Shown: positions 17,620 to 26,145 of the stretch, in pieces | Layout of the letters: each line of letters starts with the position of its first letter | Numbering within the stretch: position 1 is the first letter of the stretch | Notes under the pieces: model-generated | The model's input: the letters and a program-made list of their open reading frames with translations, nothing else | What the model was told of the DNA's origin: nothing | The model's database searches: none | Translations under genes and position numbers: made by a program | Assembly (NCBI GenBank): GCA_020444065.1 | Contig: JAHLLQ010000008.1 | Coordinates: 78,138 to 142,137 of the forward strand | From: a bacterium | GTDB taxonomy: Bacteria; Sumerlaeota; Sumerlaeia; SLMS01; JAHLLQ01 | Reading direction: 5' to 3' | DNA: 64,000 nt

Positions 17620-17633
17620 TGAAAACGTTTTCA
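17620..17633. promoter_or_regulatory. Candidate LacI-family operator O2: TGAAAACGTTTTCA
   Basis: Identical 14-bp palindrome, 48 nt upstream of the ATG at 17682 and ~40 nt downstream of a TTGACA hexamer (~17575). Confidence 0.65.
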
Positions 17634-17681
17634 GGTTTTCATTCCAATCCCAACACATCTTTCCCTGGAGGGCCCTCCAAT

Positions 17682-19388
17682 ATGAACGGAAAGCATTTGC
17701 TCCTCGCGGCTGGGGTGACGCTGCTCGCCGGCGCTGCCTCTGCCCAGTCAACAATCGCCGAAAACTACGAAACCCACAACTGGGTCCAGTGGTTCGGCGA
17801 CGCCCCCGTCGTGGGTTACGATGGCACCCACACCACCGAGGGCAGTTCTGCCCTGCACCTGCAATTCAACCCCGCCTCCGGACTGGCCGCAGTGAAGACC
17901 AGCGAGTTTTTGCCGGAAGTCGGCACTGGGCTCAGCACCGGCTTCACGGCCGACGTCTACGTCTCCGGCGGCACGAGCGGCGTGCCGATGTTCAAGCTCG
18001 AAATGAATGGGGAATCCGGCTCGGCCGAATCCGGCGCGGACACTGCGCTCACGCTTGATTCCTGGACGCAGGTCACGATCCCGTCGGGCAATGTCGTCGA
18101 GAACTACAAAGAGTTCCGCCTGATTATTCCGGATAATGGCGCGACCGGCGTGTTCGACATCTGGGTCGACAACATTCAGCGCGAAGGCGCCCTGTGGGAT
18201 GGTTTCGAGCAGGACAACAGCTCGTCCGTCGTCCCGGCGAATGTCGATGGGTTTGCCCGCGGCGATGCAACCGTCGGCGGTTCCGTTCTGACAAGCGCCG
18301 GCCCAGCGCCCACCGAAGGCAGCCTGCTGTGGGCGATGGAATTCAGCGGCGATTCGAACGGCGACGTTGAAATCCAACACTTCTACTCCACGCCGCTCGA
18401 TCTCAGTGGCTACGACGACATCGCGTTCGATCTCTACATCCCGAGCGGCACGACCCTTCCGGTCGCCAGCGCCTTCTTCTGGGATGGCGCTGCCGGTTCC
18501 TTCCACACTGGCCCGACGATCTCGGCCAACGATGCATGGGAAACTGTTTCGCTCGACATCACCGGGCTGGTTCCGGCTGGTGACGAGGCCTCGATCGACG
18601 AACTCAAGATCGTCCTCGGCGGCATCGGCGCGGCCGGCAAGGTCTTCCTCGACAACACGGTCTACACGAACTCGGTTCCGGTCGTGAATTCGATCGTTCG
18701 CGACGACGTGACGCCGACGAGCGCATCGTCCGTGACCTTCACGGTCAGCTTTGACGAGTACGTCAATGGCGTCGATTCCACCGACTTCGCATTCGCGGCG
18801 GGCGCGCCGACCGGCGCCTCCGTCACCAATGTCGATCCCGCCGCCGGCCCTGCCCAGGTCTACACGGTAACTGTCGATACCGGCACGGGCGATGGCGATC
18901 TCGGCTTGAATGTTGTCGATGACGACACGATTCAGGATCTCTCCGGCCTGGCGCTCGGCGGTACCGGCACGGGCAATGGCGATTTCACGGGTGAAGTCTA
19001 CGCCATCGACAAGGCGGCTCCGGGTCTTGCCTCCGGCGGACTTGCTCCCGACAGTGGACAAGCAGATCCGACCGATACGCTTCCCGTTCTCTTTACTGTG
19101 CTGTTCGACGAACCGGTCAATGGCTTCGACGAGAACGCAATCGACTTCACAGGATCGACAGAGGCTGGCTCTCTGAGCGCGGTCGTTACGCTGTCAACAC
19201 GCGGCGAGACTGGACCGTACACGGTTTCGGTCAGTGGCGCGACGGTCGAGGGCGACATCGTTATCGGCATCGTCGATGGGCTCCTGACGGACGATGCGGG
19301 CAACGCGTTCAATTCCGGCGGAGCCACGGCATCAGTTCATTACAATCCCCTGGCCGGGGTAAATGACTGGATGCAGTTCGAATACTAA
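17682..19388 (+). CDS. Secreted protein: two CBM11-like modules followed by two Ig-like (adhesin-type) domains
   Basis: ORF 17619-19388 trimmed to the ATG at 17682 (MNGKHLLLAAGVTLLAGAASA, GGAGGG SD). CBM-like module end VFDIWVDNIQREGALWDGFE. C-terminal Ig-like repeats: SVTFTVSFDEYVNGVDSTDF..., LFTVLFDEPVNGFDENAIDF.... Confidence 0.55.
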   Translation: MNGKHLLLAAGVTLLAGAASAQSTIAENYETHNWVQWFGDAPVVGYDGTHTTEGSSALHLQFNPASGLAAVKTSEFLPEVGTGLSTGFTADVYVSGGTSGVPMFKLEMNGESGSAESGADTALTLDSWTQVTIPSGNVVENYKEFRLIIPDNGATGVFDIWVDNIQREGALWDGFEQDNSSSVVPANVDGFARGDATVGGSVLTSAGPAPTEGSLLWAMEFSGDSNGDVEIQHFYSTPLDLSGYDDIAFDLYIPSGTTLPVASAFFWDGAAGSFHTGPTISANDAWETVSLDITGLVPAGDEASIDELKIVLGGIGAAGKVFLDNTVYTNSVPVVNSIVRDDVTPTSASSVTFTVSFDEYVNGVDSTDFAFAAGAPTGASVTNVDPAAGPAQVYTVTVDTGTGDGDLGLNVVDDDTIQDLSGLALGGTGTGNGDFTGEVYAIDKAAPGLASGGLAPDSGQADPTDTLPVLFTVLFDEPVNGFDENAIDFTGSTEAGSLSAVVTLSTRGETGPYTVSVSGATVEGDIVIGIVDGLLTDDAGNAFNSGGATASVHYNPLAGVNDWMQFEY

Positions 19389-19410
19389 TACTTCCATCCA
19401 CCGGCTATCG

Positions 19411-19451
19411 GCGGCGGGGGAGGATGCGCCTCGCGGCACCTCTCCCGCCGC
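19411..19451 (+). promoter_or_regulatory. Intercistronic GC-rich stem-loop with no U-tract
   Basis: GCGGCGGGGGAGG-(15 nt)-CCTCTCCCGCCGC forms a 13-bp stem with one G.U pair. Lies in the only long (92-nt) gap of the plus-strand operon. Confidence 0.6.
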
Positions 19452-19480
19452 TGAACCGCCAATTCGAAGAAGGAGAAATC

Positions 19481-20854
19481 ATGCGGTTCCTGAAACTTCT
19501 TGCAGCAATCCTTGTGTTCGCGTCGGTTGCCTCATTCGCTTCGGCCGAATGGGTCACTTGGGAGGACTTCAATACGCGTCCCTGGTCGCTGGAACCATGG
19601 CCTATCACCGAAGGATCTCAGATTTCCTTCGACAATCACATGGCTATCTCCGGCTCGACATCCTTGCGCACAACAATCAACGTTGTTGGATGGGGTGGCG
19701 GATTGACGCTGCGCAGCGCACCGATTCTACCTCCGCCCAAGCAGGGACTCACCGTCGCCATTCGCTGCGAGGCGCAGCCGGGAGCAACCGGTGTTCCGAA
19801 TGCGAAGTTTGAGGTCTACTCTCCCGATGGCGGCCCAGCAATGGGCAGCCCCGACACGCCATTGAAGGTCGGCGATTGGACGACGATTCGCCTTCCCGCC
19901 AGCGTTGTCACGAAGGAATGGTCAGGTTGTGGTGTCATCTTCCTGGAAGGCACCGCTAAGGGGAGTTTCAAGATCTGGGTAGATGCAATCACTCTCGATG
20001 GGAAGGTCTGGGAAGACTTTGAGTATAACGGCGGCTTCAATCCTTGGTTCGCCGCGAACATCAACGGTGCATACCGGATGGGCGTCGTAGGATCCGAGTA
20101 CAAGCGCGCCCCGGATCTGGGCAATGGCACGGCGATGTCGCTTGCATGGACCGGCGATACCGACGGCGCTGAACTGAAGACTCGTTTCGAATCGCCAAAG
20201 GACATCAGCGGCTGGAAGCGCATCCGCGTTCGCGTCGCCGTTCCCTCCGATTCCGTTTCTCCCCGCGTCAGCCTTTGGATGTGGGATGGATCGGAAGGCA
20301 GTCTGGCCGTCGGAGATCCCGTGATCCCCACTGGCGATTGGGTGGATCGAGTATTCGATGTTCCGGCAGCGGCTGGCGCCGTGAACCTCCACCATGTCGT
20401 TGATTTTGGACTCGTCTTTCACGAGTACCCGGGCAGCAGCGGCGAAGTCATCGTGGATCGAATCGACGTGGATGGAATTCCCGCGTCCGCGACTCGTTCT
20501 TCGACGCGCGCCAGCGATGGCAAGCCGCAGTGGAGCGCCTACGAACCCAACATGGTGATGCAGGCCGCAAAGACCGAAGGCAAGGCCGTCGTCTACGTTC
20601 GTTCCGCGAAGACGGATCGTTGTCGCGAGTTCGAGAAATCAGTCCTGCAGAATCCCCAGATCGCGAAGGTCCTGGCCGGCATGCCACTGGCCTATCTGAA
20701 TGTGGACTCGCCGGAGAACACGCGCCTCTCTGCTGAGATTGGAGTCGTGCGTGTTCCCGCGCTTGTCATCATCGAAGGCGAGAACAAAGCTCGTCAACTC
20801 GTCGTCGACACCAACACCAGCAATGACGAAGTGATCGCGTTTCTCGCCAACTAA
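19481..20854 (+). CDS. Secreted protein: two CBM11-like modules + C-terminal thioredoxin-fold domain lacking CxxC
   Basis: ORF 19424-20854 trimmed to the ATG at 19481 (MRFLKLLAAILVFASVASFASA, AGGAG SD). SFKIWVDAITLDGKVWEDFE parallels the upstream paralog. C-terminus: KAVVYVRSAKTDRCREFEKSV...VRVPALVIIEG (Trx-like, single Cys). Confidence 0.5.
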   Translation: MRFLKLLAAILVFASVASFASAEWVTWEDFNTRPWSLEPWPITEGSQISFDNHMAISGSTSLRTTINVVGWGGGLTLRSAPILPPPKQGLTVAIRCEAQPGATGVPNAKFEVYSPDGGPAMGSPDTPLKVGDWTTIRLPASVVTKEWSGCGVIFLEGTAKGSFKIWVDAITLDGKVWEDFEYNGGFNPWFAANINGAYRMGVVGSEYKRAPDLGNGTAMSLAWTGDTDGAELKTRFESPKDISGWKRIRVRVAVPSDSVSPRVSLWMWDGSEGSLAVGDPVIPTGDWVDRVFDVPAAAGAVNLHHVVDFGLVFHEYPGSSGEVIVDRIDVDGIPASATRSSTRASDGKPQWSAYEPNMVMQAAKTEGKAVVYVRSAKTDRCREFEKSVLQNPQIAKVLAGMPLAYLNVDSPENTRLSAEIGVVRVPALVIIEGENKARQLVVDTNTSNDEVIAFLAN

Positions 20855-20884
20855 TCCCAACGTTCTCAATCCTCGGAGTTCCCC

Positions 20885-23794
20885 ATGAAGACGCTCTATC
20901 AGAGAGTCATCCCCGCCCTCCTTGTCTCTGCGAGCATGACATTTGCCGCATTCGCGAACGAAATCGCCGCGACTGCGAGTTCCGGAAACGGCGATTATCG
21001 GCCGGAGCATGCCGTCGATTCCGATTCGGGAACGCGCTGGTCGAGCGACTTCAACGACGATCAGTGGCTGCTGCTCGACCTGGGTGCAGAGAAGACAATC
21101 TGCGGTGTTCGACTTCATTGGGAAACGGCTTACGGGCGCGATTACGACATCCAGGTTTCGAGCGATGGGAAGGACTTCCAAACTGTCGCAGAAACAAGGG
21201 ACGGAGATGGCGGCGTCGATGTCGTGTACTTTGGACCACGCAAGACGCGTTACGTTAGGATGGATGGGATCCGCCGCGGGACGGGGTGGGGGTATTCGCT
21301 TTGGGAAGTCGATGTGCTTGGCGACGAGGCTGCGCGCAAACTCACCGCCTCGTCAGCGCAGGCTGATCATGCGTTCGAACTTGCCATGGACGGTTCGCGC
21401 GAAACTGCCTGGCAGTCCGATTCGTCGGACAAGAAACCTTGGCTTCTCATCGAGTTCCCGCAACGCACCGCGTTTGGCGGGGTGCAGATTGTCTGGGCTG
21501 GCGATGCCGTTGGATGGAAAGCGGAGACGCAGGCCTCGGATGGCGCCTGGCACGAGCTGATGCGCTCTCCCGGTGCTGGGCCGGTGGAAGATGCATTCTT
21601 CGATCGGACGGAAGCCGAAGGATTGCGCCTGCAGTTCGAAGGCACTGCCGCAGTGGCGGAAGTCACACTGAAGGGCCCGGACGAAACGTGGAATCCGGAA
21701 CGGCACTTCGAGATGCTGTCGCAGCGCCTTCCGAAGGGCGCCATGCCGCGCTGGCTCTATCGCGAGCAAGCGTTCTGGACCATCGTTGGTCTGCCTCGTT
21801 CGCCGGAGGAGTCGCTTCTCGACGAGGATGGCCGACTGGAGACGCATCAGGGCGGATTCAGTATCACGCCGGTTCTGCTCCTCGATGGGCAGATGAAGAC
21901 AGCAAACGATTTTGCCGTCACGCAGGAACTCCTCGAAGGTTGGGCGCCGATTCCGAGCGTCGAGTGGAATGGCAATGATCTGAAGATTCGAATCGATGCA
22001 GTTGCTGCTGAACCCGGAGCAACGATCGCGCGGACAACACTTACGAATGAAGGCACGATGCCACGAAATCTTTCGTGGCTTCTGGCAGCACGACCGATTC
22101 AACTCAATCCACCGTGGCAGCACGGGGGATTCTCCGAGATTCGTGAAGCGCGTTTTGTCGCCGATGGCGCAGGCCTGATCGTTCACGGCAAAGAGGCCCT
22201 CCGTGTTATCCCGGCGCCATCGGCGACTGCGCTTGTTTCGGCAGGGGAGAGCGACGTACTGAGCACGCTAGTCTCAGGCGGGAACGACAGCGACGTTGTC
22301 ACCGCCACTCCTGGCGTGATCTCTGCCGGGATGCGGTTCGATATGCAACTGGCACCCGGAGAATCGAAGAGCATCCTACTGGAGATCCCTCTTTCCGGCC
22401 GCATCGATGATCTCGCAGCATTCGATTTCGACAATTCTCGCGATGAAGTGTTGGAGCAATGGCGCAGTTGGACCGGCGATTGGGCGATCGATGTTCCGAA
22501 CAAGCGACTCGCCCAACTGGTTCGATCGAATCTTGCCTACCTGCTGCTCAACGCCGACGGACCGAGCATCCAGCCGGGATCTCGCAATTATAACCACGCT
22601 TGGATTCGGGATGGAGCGATGAGCGCCACCGCCATGTTGCGCTTCGATGTTCGTGAACCCATCCGGGACTATGCCAAGTGGTTTGCTGGACTCGTTCACG
22701 ACGATGGGTTTGTCCCTTTCATCGTCGACCCAAAGACGAATGAAATGCCTGGATGGGCGAACGACTGGGCAGAGTATGATTCCTTTGGAGAGCTCGCTTA
22801 TCTTGCCCGTCAGGCGGACGAGTTTCTTGATGACGAGACGCTCAATAATCTGCTCTGGCCGAAGGTCAAAGCCGCGATGTCCTATCAGGAGAACCTGCGC
22901 AAGCAGCGCCTGACAGCCGAGTTCAAGGACACCGAGTTCTACGGAATTCTTCCTCCATCCAACAGTCACGAGGGTTACTTCCCCGGGAAGCACAGCTACT
23001 GGGATGACTTCTGGGCACTGCGCGGGCTGCATGATGCACAGGCTTTTGCTCGCCGCCACGGAGAGGATGAACTGGCCGATCATTACGCAGAAGAAGAAGC
23101 CGCGATGCGCACCGATCTGCTTCAATCCATCGAGCTCGTTCGGCATCGCGACAATCTTGAAACACTCCCCGCGTGCGCAGAGCTTGGCGATTTCGATCCG
23201 ACCTCCACGTCGATTGCGATGATGGTCGGCAACGAGCAGGACAATCTTCCTGCCGACGCATTGAAGGCTACGTACGATCGATATCTGGACGGGATTGAAG
23301 AGAGACGGACCACGAGCCCCAGCAGTTACACGCCGTACGAAGTGCGGACGGTTTCGGCGCTGATTCGGCTCGGACGTCCAGCCGAAGCGCGCGGCCTGCT
23401 GAACTACCTGATCGAGGACGGTGTGCGCCCGAAAGCGTGGAATCACCTTGCCGAAGTCGTGCATCCCGACCCGCGTACACCCAGCTACATCGGCGACATG
23501 CCGCATACGTGGGTTGGCTCTGGGCTGATCAATGCAGTGCGCGACTTGTTCGTCTACGAGAATGGGGAAAAACTCATCGTGGCCGCCGGCGTGCCGGACG
23601 AATGGTACGACGCCGGCGCCTCGGTGAGCAATCTCCCGACATGGTGGGGAGAACTCTCCTATCGCATGAAGAGGAATGAATCTGGAACGCGCATGATCAT
23701 TCTGGAAACAGAGGTTCATCCTCCAGGAGGCGTTGTTGCACCGACAGACGTCCAGATTGTGCACGCAAAAGTGGCAGAGGAAGGCATCAATTAA
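20885..23794 (+). CDS. Secreted hydrolase: two F5/8 type C (discoidin/CBM32-like) domains + beta-sandwich + GH15-related (alpha/alpha)6 domain
   Basis: 969 aa with a signal peptide. Discoidin pattern occurs twice (HAVDSDSGTRWSS...QWLLLDLG...YSLWEVDVLG; MDGSRETAWQS...PWLLIEF). Catalytic-domain-like motifs: NYNHAWIRDGAMS, YWDDFWALRG, MPHTWVGSG. Confidence 0.55.
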   Translation: MKTLYQRVIPALLVSASMTFAAFANEIAATASSGNGDYRPEHAVDSDSGTRWSSDFNDDQWLLLDLGAEKTICGVRLHWETAYGRDYDIQVSSDGKDFQTVAETRDGDGGVDVVYFGPRKTRYVRMDGIRRGTGWGYSLWEVDVLGDEAARKLTASSAQADHAFELAMDGSRETAWQSDSSDKKPWLLIEFPQRTAFGGVQIVWAGDAVGWKAETQASDGAWHELMRSPGAGPVEDAFFDRTEAEGLRLQFEGTAAVAEVTLKGPDETWNPERHFEMLSQRLPKGAMPRWLYREQAFWTIVGLPRSPEESLLDEDGRLETHQGGFSITPVLLLDGQMKTANDFAVTQELLEGWAPIPSVEWNGNDLKIRIDAVAAEPGATIARTTLTNEGTMPRNLSWLLAARPIQLNPPWQHGGFSEIREARFVADGAGLIVHGKEALRVIPAPSATALVSAGESDVLSTLVSGGNDSDVVTATPGVISAGMRFDMQLAPGESKSILLEIPLSGRIDDLAAFDFDNSRDEVLEQWRSWTGDWAIDVPNKRLAQLVRSNLAYLLLNADGPSIQPGSRNYNHAWIRDGAMSATAMLRFDVREPIRDYAKWFAGLVHDDGFVPFIVDPKTNEMPGWANDWAEYDSFGELAYLARQADEFLDDETLNNLLWPKVKAAMSYQENLRKQRLTAEFKDTEFYGILPPSNSHEGYFPGKHSYWDDFWALRGLHDAQAFARRHGEDELADHYAEEEAAMRTDLLQSIELVRHRDNLETLPACAELGDFDPTSTSIAMMVGNEQDNLPADALKATYDRYLDGIEERRTTSPSSYTPYEVRTVSALIRLGRPAEARGLLNYLIEDGVRPKAWNHLAEVVHPDPRTPSYIGDMPHTWVGSGLINAVRDLFVYENGEKLIVAAGVPDEWYDAGASVSNLPTWWGELSYRMKRNESGTRMIILETEVHPPGGVVAPTDVQIVHAKVAEEGIN

Positions 23795-23827
23795 GGCTGA
23801 GTGGAATCTATCAGGGGCAGGTGTACA

Positions 23828-24358
23828 ATGCAGAGTTTGGGCAACAAAAACAGTGGTTTCACCTTGATCGAATTATTAATCGTCGTCGCGATCATTGCAA
23901 TTCTTGCGGCGATTGCCGTTCCGAATTTCCTCGAAGCACAAACGCGGGCGAAGACCTCACGCATCAAGGCGGATGTCAGAACTCTCGCGACGGCGATGGA
24001 GTCTTATCGGGTGACCTTCAACAGGTACCCGCCAGATGCAGGACACGGGGCCCCGCCCTACAGCGGAGTCGAGAGCCTGATCCCGCTTTCGACCCCCGTA
24101 TCCTTCATCACGTCGATTCCGCGCGATCCGTTTCAGGAAGTCGACAACTCATCGTACTTCGGCTACTACTTCTACGTGCATGATCCGGATCTGCGACAGT
24201 TGCCCGCTTCCGAAAATGGAACGCGCTTCTACTGGATTCTGTTCTCGGTCGGTCCCGATCGCGATTCCGATCAGCTCGACTTCTTCCCCGTCACGCACAA
24301 CTACGATCCGACAAACGGCACAATCAGCGACGGAGACATCGGACGGTGGGGGCCATGA
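23828..24358 (+). CDS. GspG/PulG-like pseudopilin (prepilin-type N-terminal cleavage/methylation domain protein), copy 2
   Basis: ORF 23801-24358 trimmed to the ATG at 23828 (MQSLGNKNSG|FTLIELLIVVAIIAILAAIAVPNF). C-terminus: SVGPDRDSD...YDPTNGTISDGDIGRWGP. Its stop overlaps the next ATG (ATGA at 24355-24358). Confidence 0.85.
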   Translation: MQSLGNKNSGFTLIELLIVVAIIAILAAIAVPNFLEAQTRAKTSRIKADVRTLATAMESYRVTFNRYPPDAGHGAPPYSGVESLIPLSTPVSFITSIPRDPFQEVDNSSYFGYYFYVHDPDLRQLPASENGTRFYWILFSVGPDRDSDQLDFFPVTHNYDPTNGTISDGDIGRWGP

Positions 24359-26145
24359 TCAGAAAACGCACACTGACGGTTGTGGCAATTCTGCTACTGA
24401 CAATCCCGCTCGCGTGCTGTGCTCGGGTCAGCCATATCGCGCCCGGCGAGGATGAACCTGCACAGAAGATTCTCGAACTTGTGCTCGCCTCTCAGCCAAC
24501 CCCGCAGTCGTTGCCCGAGGGCAGCACCTACAATTACATCTGGGCAGAGAACATGATGGCCTGGATGGCGGCGGAGCAGTGCGGCTACATGTCTCGCGAA
24601 GAGACCGTCCGCCGTCTGCAGGGCCTGCTTGGCACTGTCGCAGATTATGAGACGCACCACGGTTTCTACTTCGATGGATACGATCCGGCCACCGGCCATG
24701 CCACGACGGACAAGGTCTATTTCCAGGGCTGGTGGCTGTGGGCGCTGATTCTGACGCGCGAGGCCTATCCCGAGGCGGCGCCATTAGCTGAGCGAATCCT
24801 CGAGCGCATCGACTACGACGCCGCAGGCATGGTAAATGCCGATCATACGGCATTGGCGGCCGATGTGTTTGTCGACAGCGGCGGCATGTCCTTCTGGTTT
24901 CGAACCGATGGAGATGTGGCCGGCGAATTGCGCACGGCATTCATTGCATACACGATGCTGACAAACGACCCGCGCCCGTGGCTGATCGAGCACGAGCCCA
25001 ACTTCATCGACGTCATGGGTCACAAGACGCTGGCCGTCTGGCATCACTTCACCTTCGATCCATTCTATGTCCACACATGCTATCCCGAGGTGGGGTACTT
25101 CGCGCACTCCTGGGATGAACTGATTGCAGGCGCACGCAAGCACCGCGAAGCAAATGGCATGGAGTTCTTCGCCACGCGCATGGAGCCCTTGCAGGCCTGG
25201 GACCTGAACCCCGACGAATGGCCGAACACCGAGCATCGCGTCGCCAAGCCATGGAACGCGTGGATCGTGGACCCCGATGCGCCCGTGATGGAACTGGCCT
25301 GGTCGCCGGGCTACGGCGTCACCCAGTACTTCGATAACTGGAACTTCAACTGGGCCGTGGGTGATCGCTACAGCGAGCATCCCAACCCCATCGGCTCGAC
25401 ACTGAATGTCACGGACAGCCGCCTCGGCGCGGACTTCCTTCTCGAGACGTTACCTGGGGATGTCGACGTCCCCAATCCCCCCACCCTTCGGAAGACTCAA
25501 CTGCGCGCCTACCCCGACAGTGAGTTCCCTCCGGACGAGCCGCTGATTGTCGAAGTCAACGGAACGGTAATCGGTAGTATTGGGACACATCGCAAAGGTG
25601 CATTCGAGATTATTCCGAAGGTACCGATAGTCTTGCAGGCGCGGAATCGACTTGAACTGCACTCGCCGGGTTATGGTGCGTGGCGTGTCGAGATGGGCGA
25701 GAAGTCTTATCGCCCCTTCCAAGCGCGCACTGCTGACACCGAATGGGAAGAAACCGAAGCCCCTGCGATCGAGATTCACGTTACCGGCCAGCGCGCCGCC
25801 CGCGAGAATCCCTACGCCTTGCTCGCAAGGCTCTCTGGTATTCACGATTTCCAGGTCTGGCAATTGATGAAGGACAGCGATCTGCTCGCCGATCGTTCCG
25901 TCGCTTGGGTTGGGGATTACTCACAGCAAACTTGGCTCGCTCGCATCGTCCACAATGTCTCCGATCAGCCAGTCTCGGTCAGTCGGACCCTGAAATCAGC
26001 CGAGAAGGATGCCCAGTGGCAAGTCGTCGACTACGCGACGGGGAACGTCATCGATTCCAGCCGAAGCGGCAACGTCTTGCACTGGCGCCAAGGACCTCGG
26101 CAAACCGCTCGCCTTCAGAAGATCAACGCCTCGATTCAGAGATGA
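24355..26145 (+). CDS. Exported hypothetical protein (possible lipoprotein), possibly a glucoamylase-like alpha-helical domain + beta-sandwich
   Basis: Start taken at the ATG at 24355 (MIRKRTLTVVAILLLTIPLACC). Helical N-terminal half (NYIWAENMMAWMAAEQCGYMSREETVRRLQGLLGTV...FYFDGYD) resembles the DUF3131/PF10091 style only loosely. No catalytic motif recognised. Confidence 0.35.
   Translation: MIRKRTLTVVAILLLTIPLACCARVSHIAPGEDEPAQKILELVLASQPTPQSLPEGSTYNYIWAENMMAWMAAEQCGYMSREETVRRLQGLLGTVADYETHHGFYFDGYDPATGHATTDKVYFQGWWLWALILTREAYPEAAPLAERILERIDYDAAGMVNADHTALAADVFVDSGGMSFWFRTDGDVAGELRTAFIAYTMLTNDPRPWLIEHEPNFIDVMGHKTLAVWHHFTFDPFYVHTCYPEVGYFAHSWDELIAGARKHREANGMEFFATRMEPLQAWDLNPDEWPNTEHRVAKPWNAWIVDPDAPVMELAWSPGYGVTQYFDNWNFNWAVGDRYSEHPNPIGSTLNVTDSRLGADFLLETLPGDVDVPNPPTLRKTQLRAYPDSEFPPDEPLIVEVNGTVIGSIGTHRKGAFEIIPKVPIVLQARNRLELHSPGYGAWRVEMGEKSYRPFQARTADTEWEETEAPAIEIHVTGQRAARENPYALLARLSGIHDFQVWQLMKDSDLLADRSVAWVGDYSQQTWLARIVHNVSDQPVSVSRTLKSAEKDAQWQVVDYATGNVIDSSRSGNVLHWRQGPRQTARLQKINASIQR

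Noticed and set aside
15332-23764. Long ORFs opposite or out of frame to called genes: 15332-16753 (same strand as the SBP-permease fusion, different frame); antisense 17748-19061, 21353-22186 and 22376-23764.
   Set aside because: Each is wholly contained within a gene that has strong family motifs or signal peptides. Their products are Arg/Gly/Asp-rich and low in complexity. The same reasoning applies to 26823-27611, 28780-29628, 32426-33427, 32794-33858, 37224-38477, 39146-40249, 43376-44371, 48997-50121, 54674-55987 and 59589-60440.
25743-26141. A 133-codon N-terminal extension of GH94 copy 2 in the ORF track.
   Set aside because: It overlaps the preceding gene in another frame and is Arg/Ser/Pro-rich. 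The GH94 family N-terminus begins at the ATG at 26142, which forms an ATGA overlap with the upstream stop.
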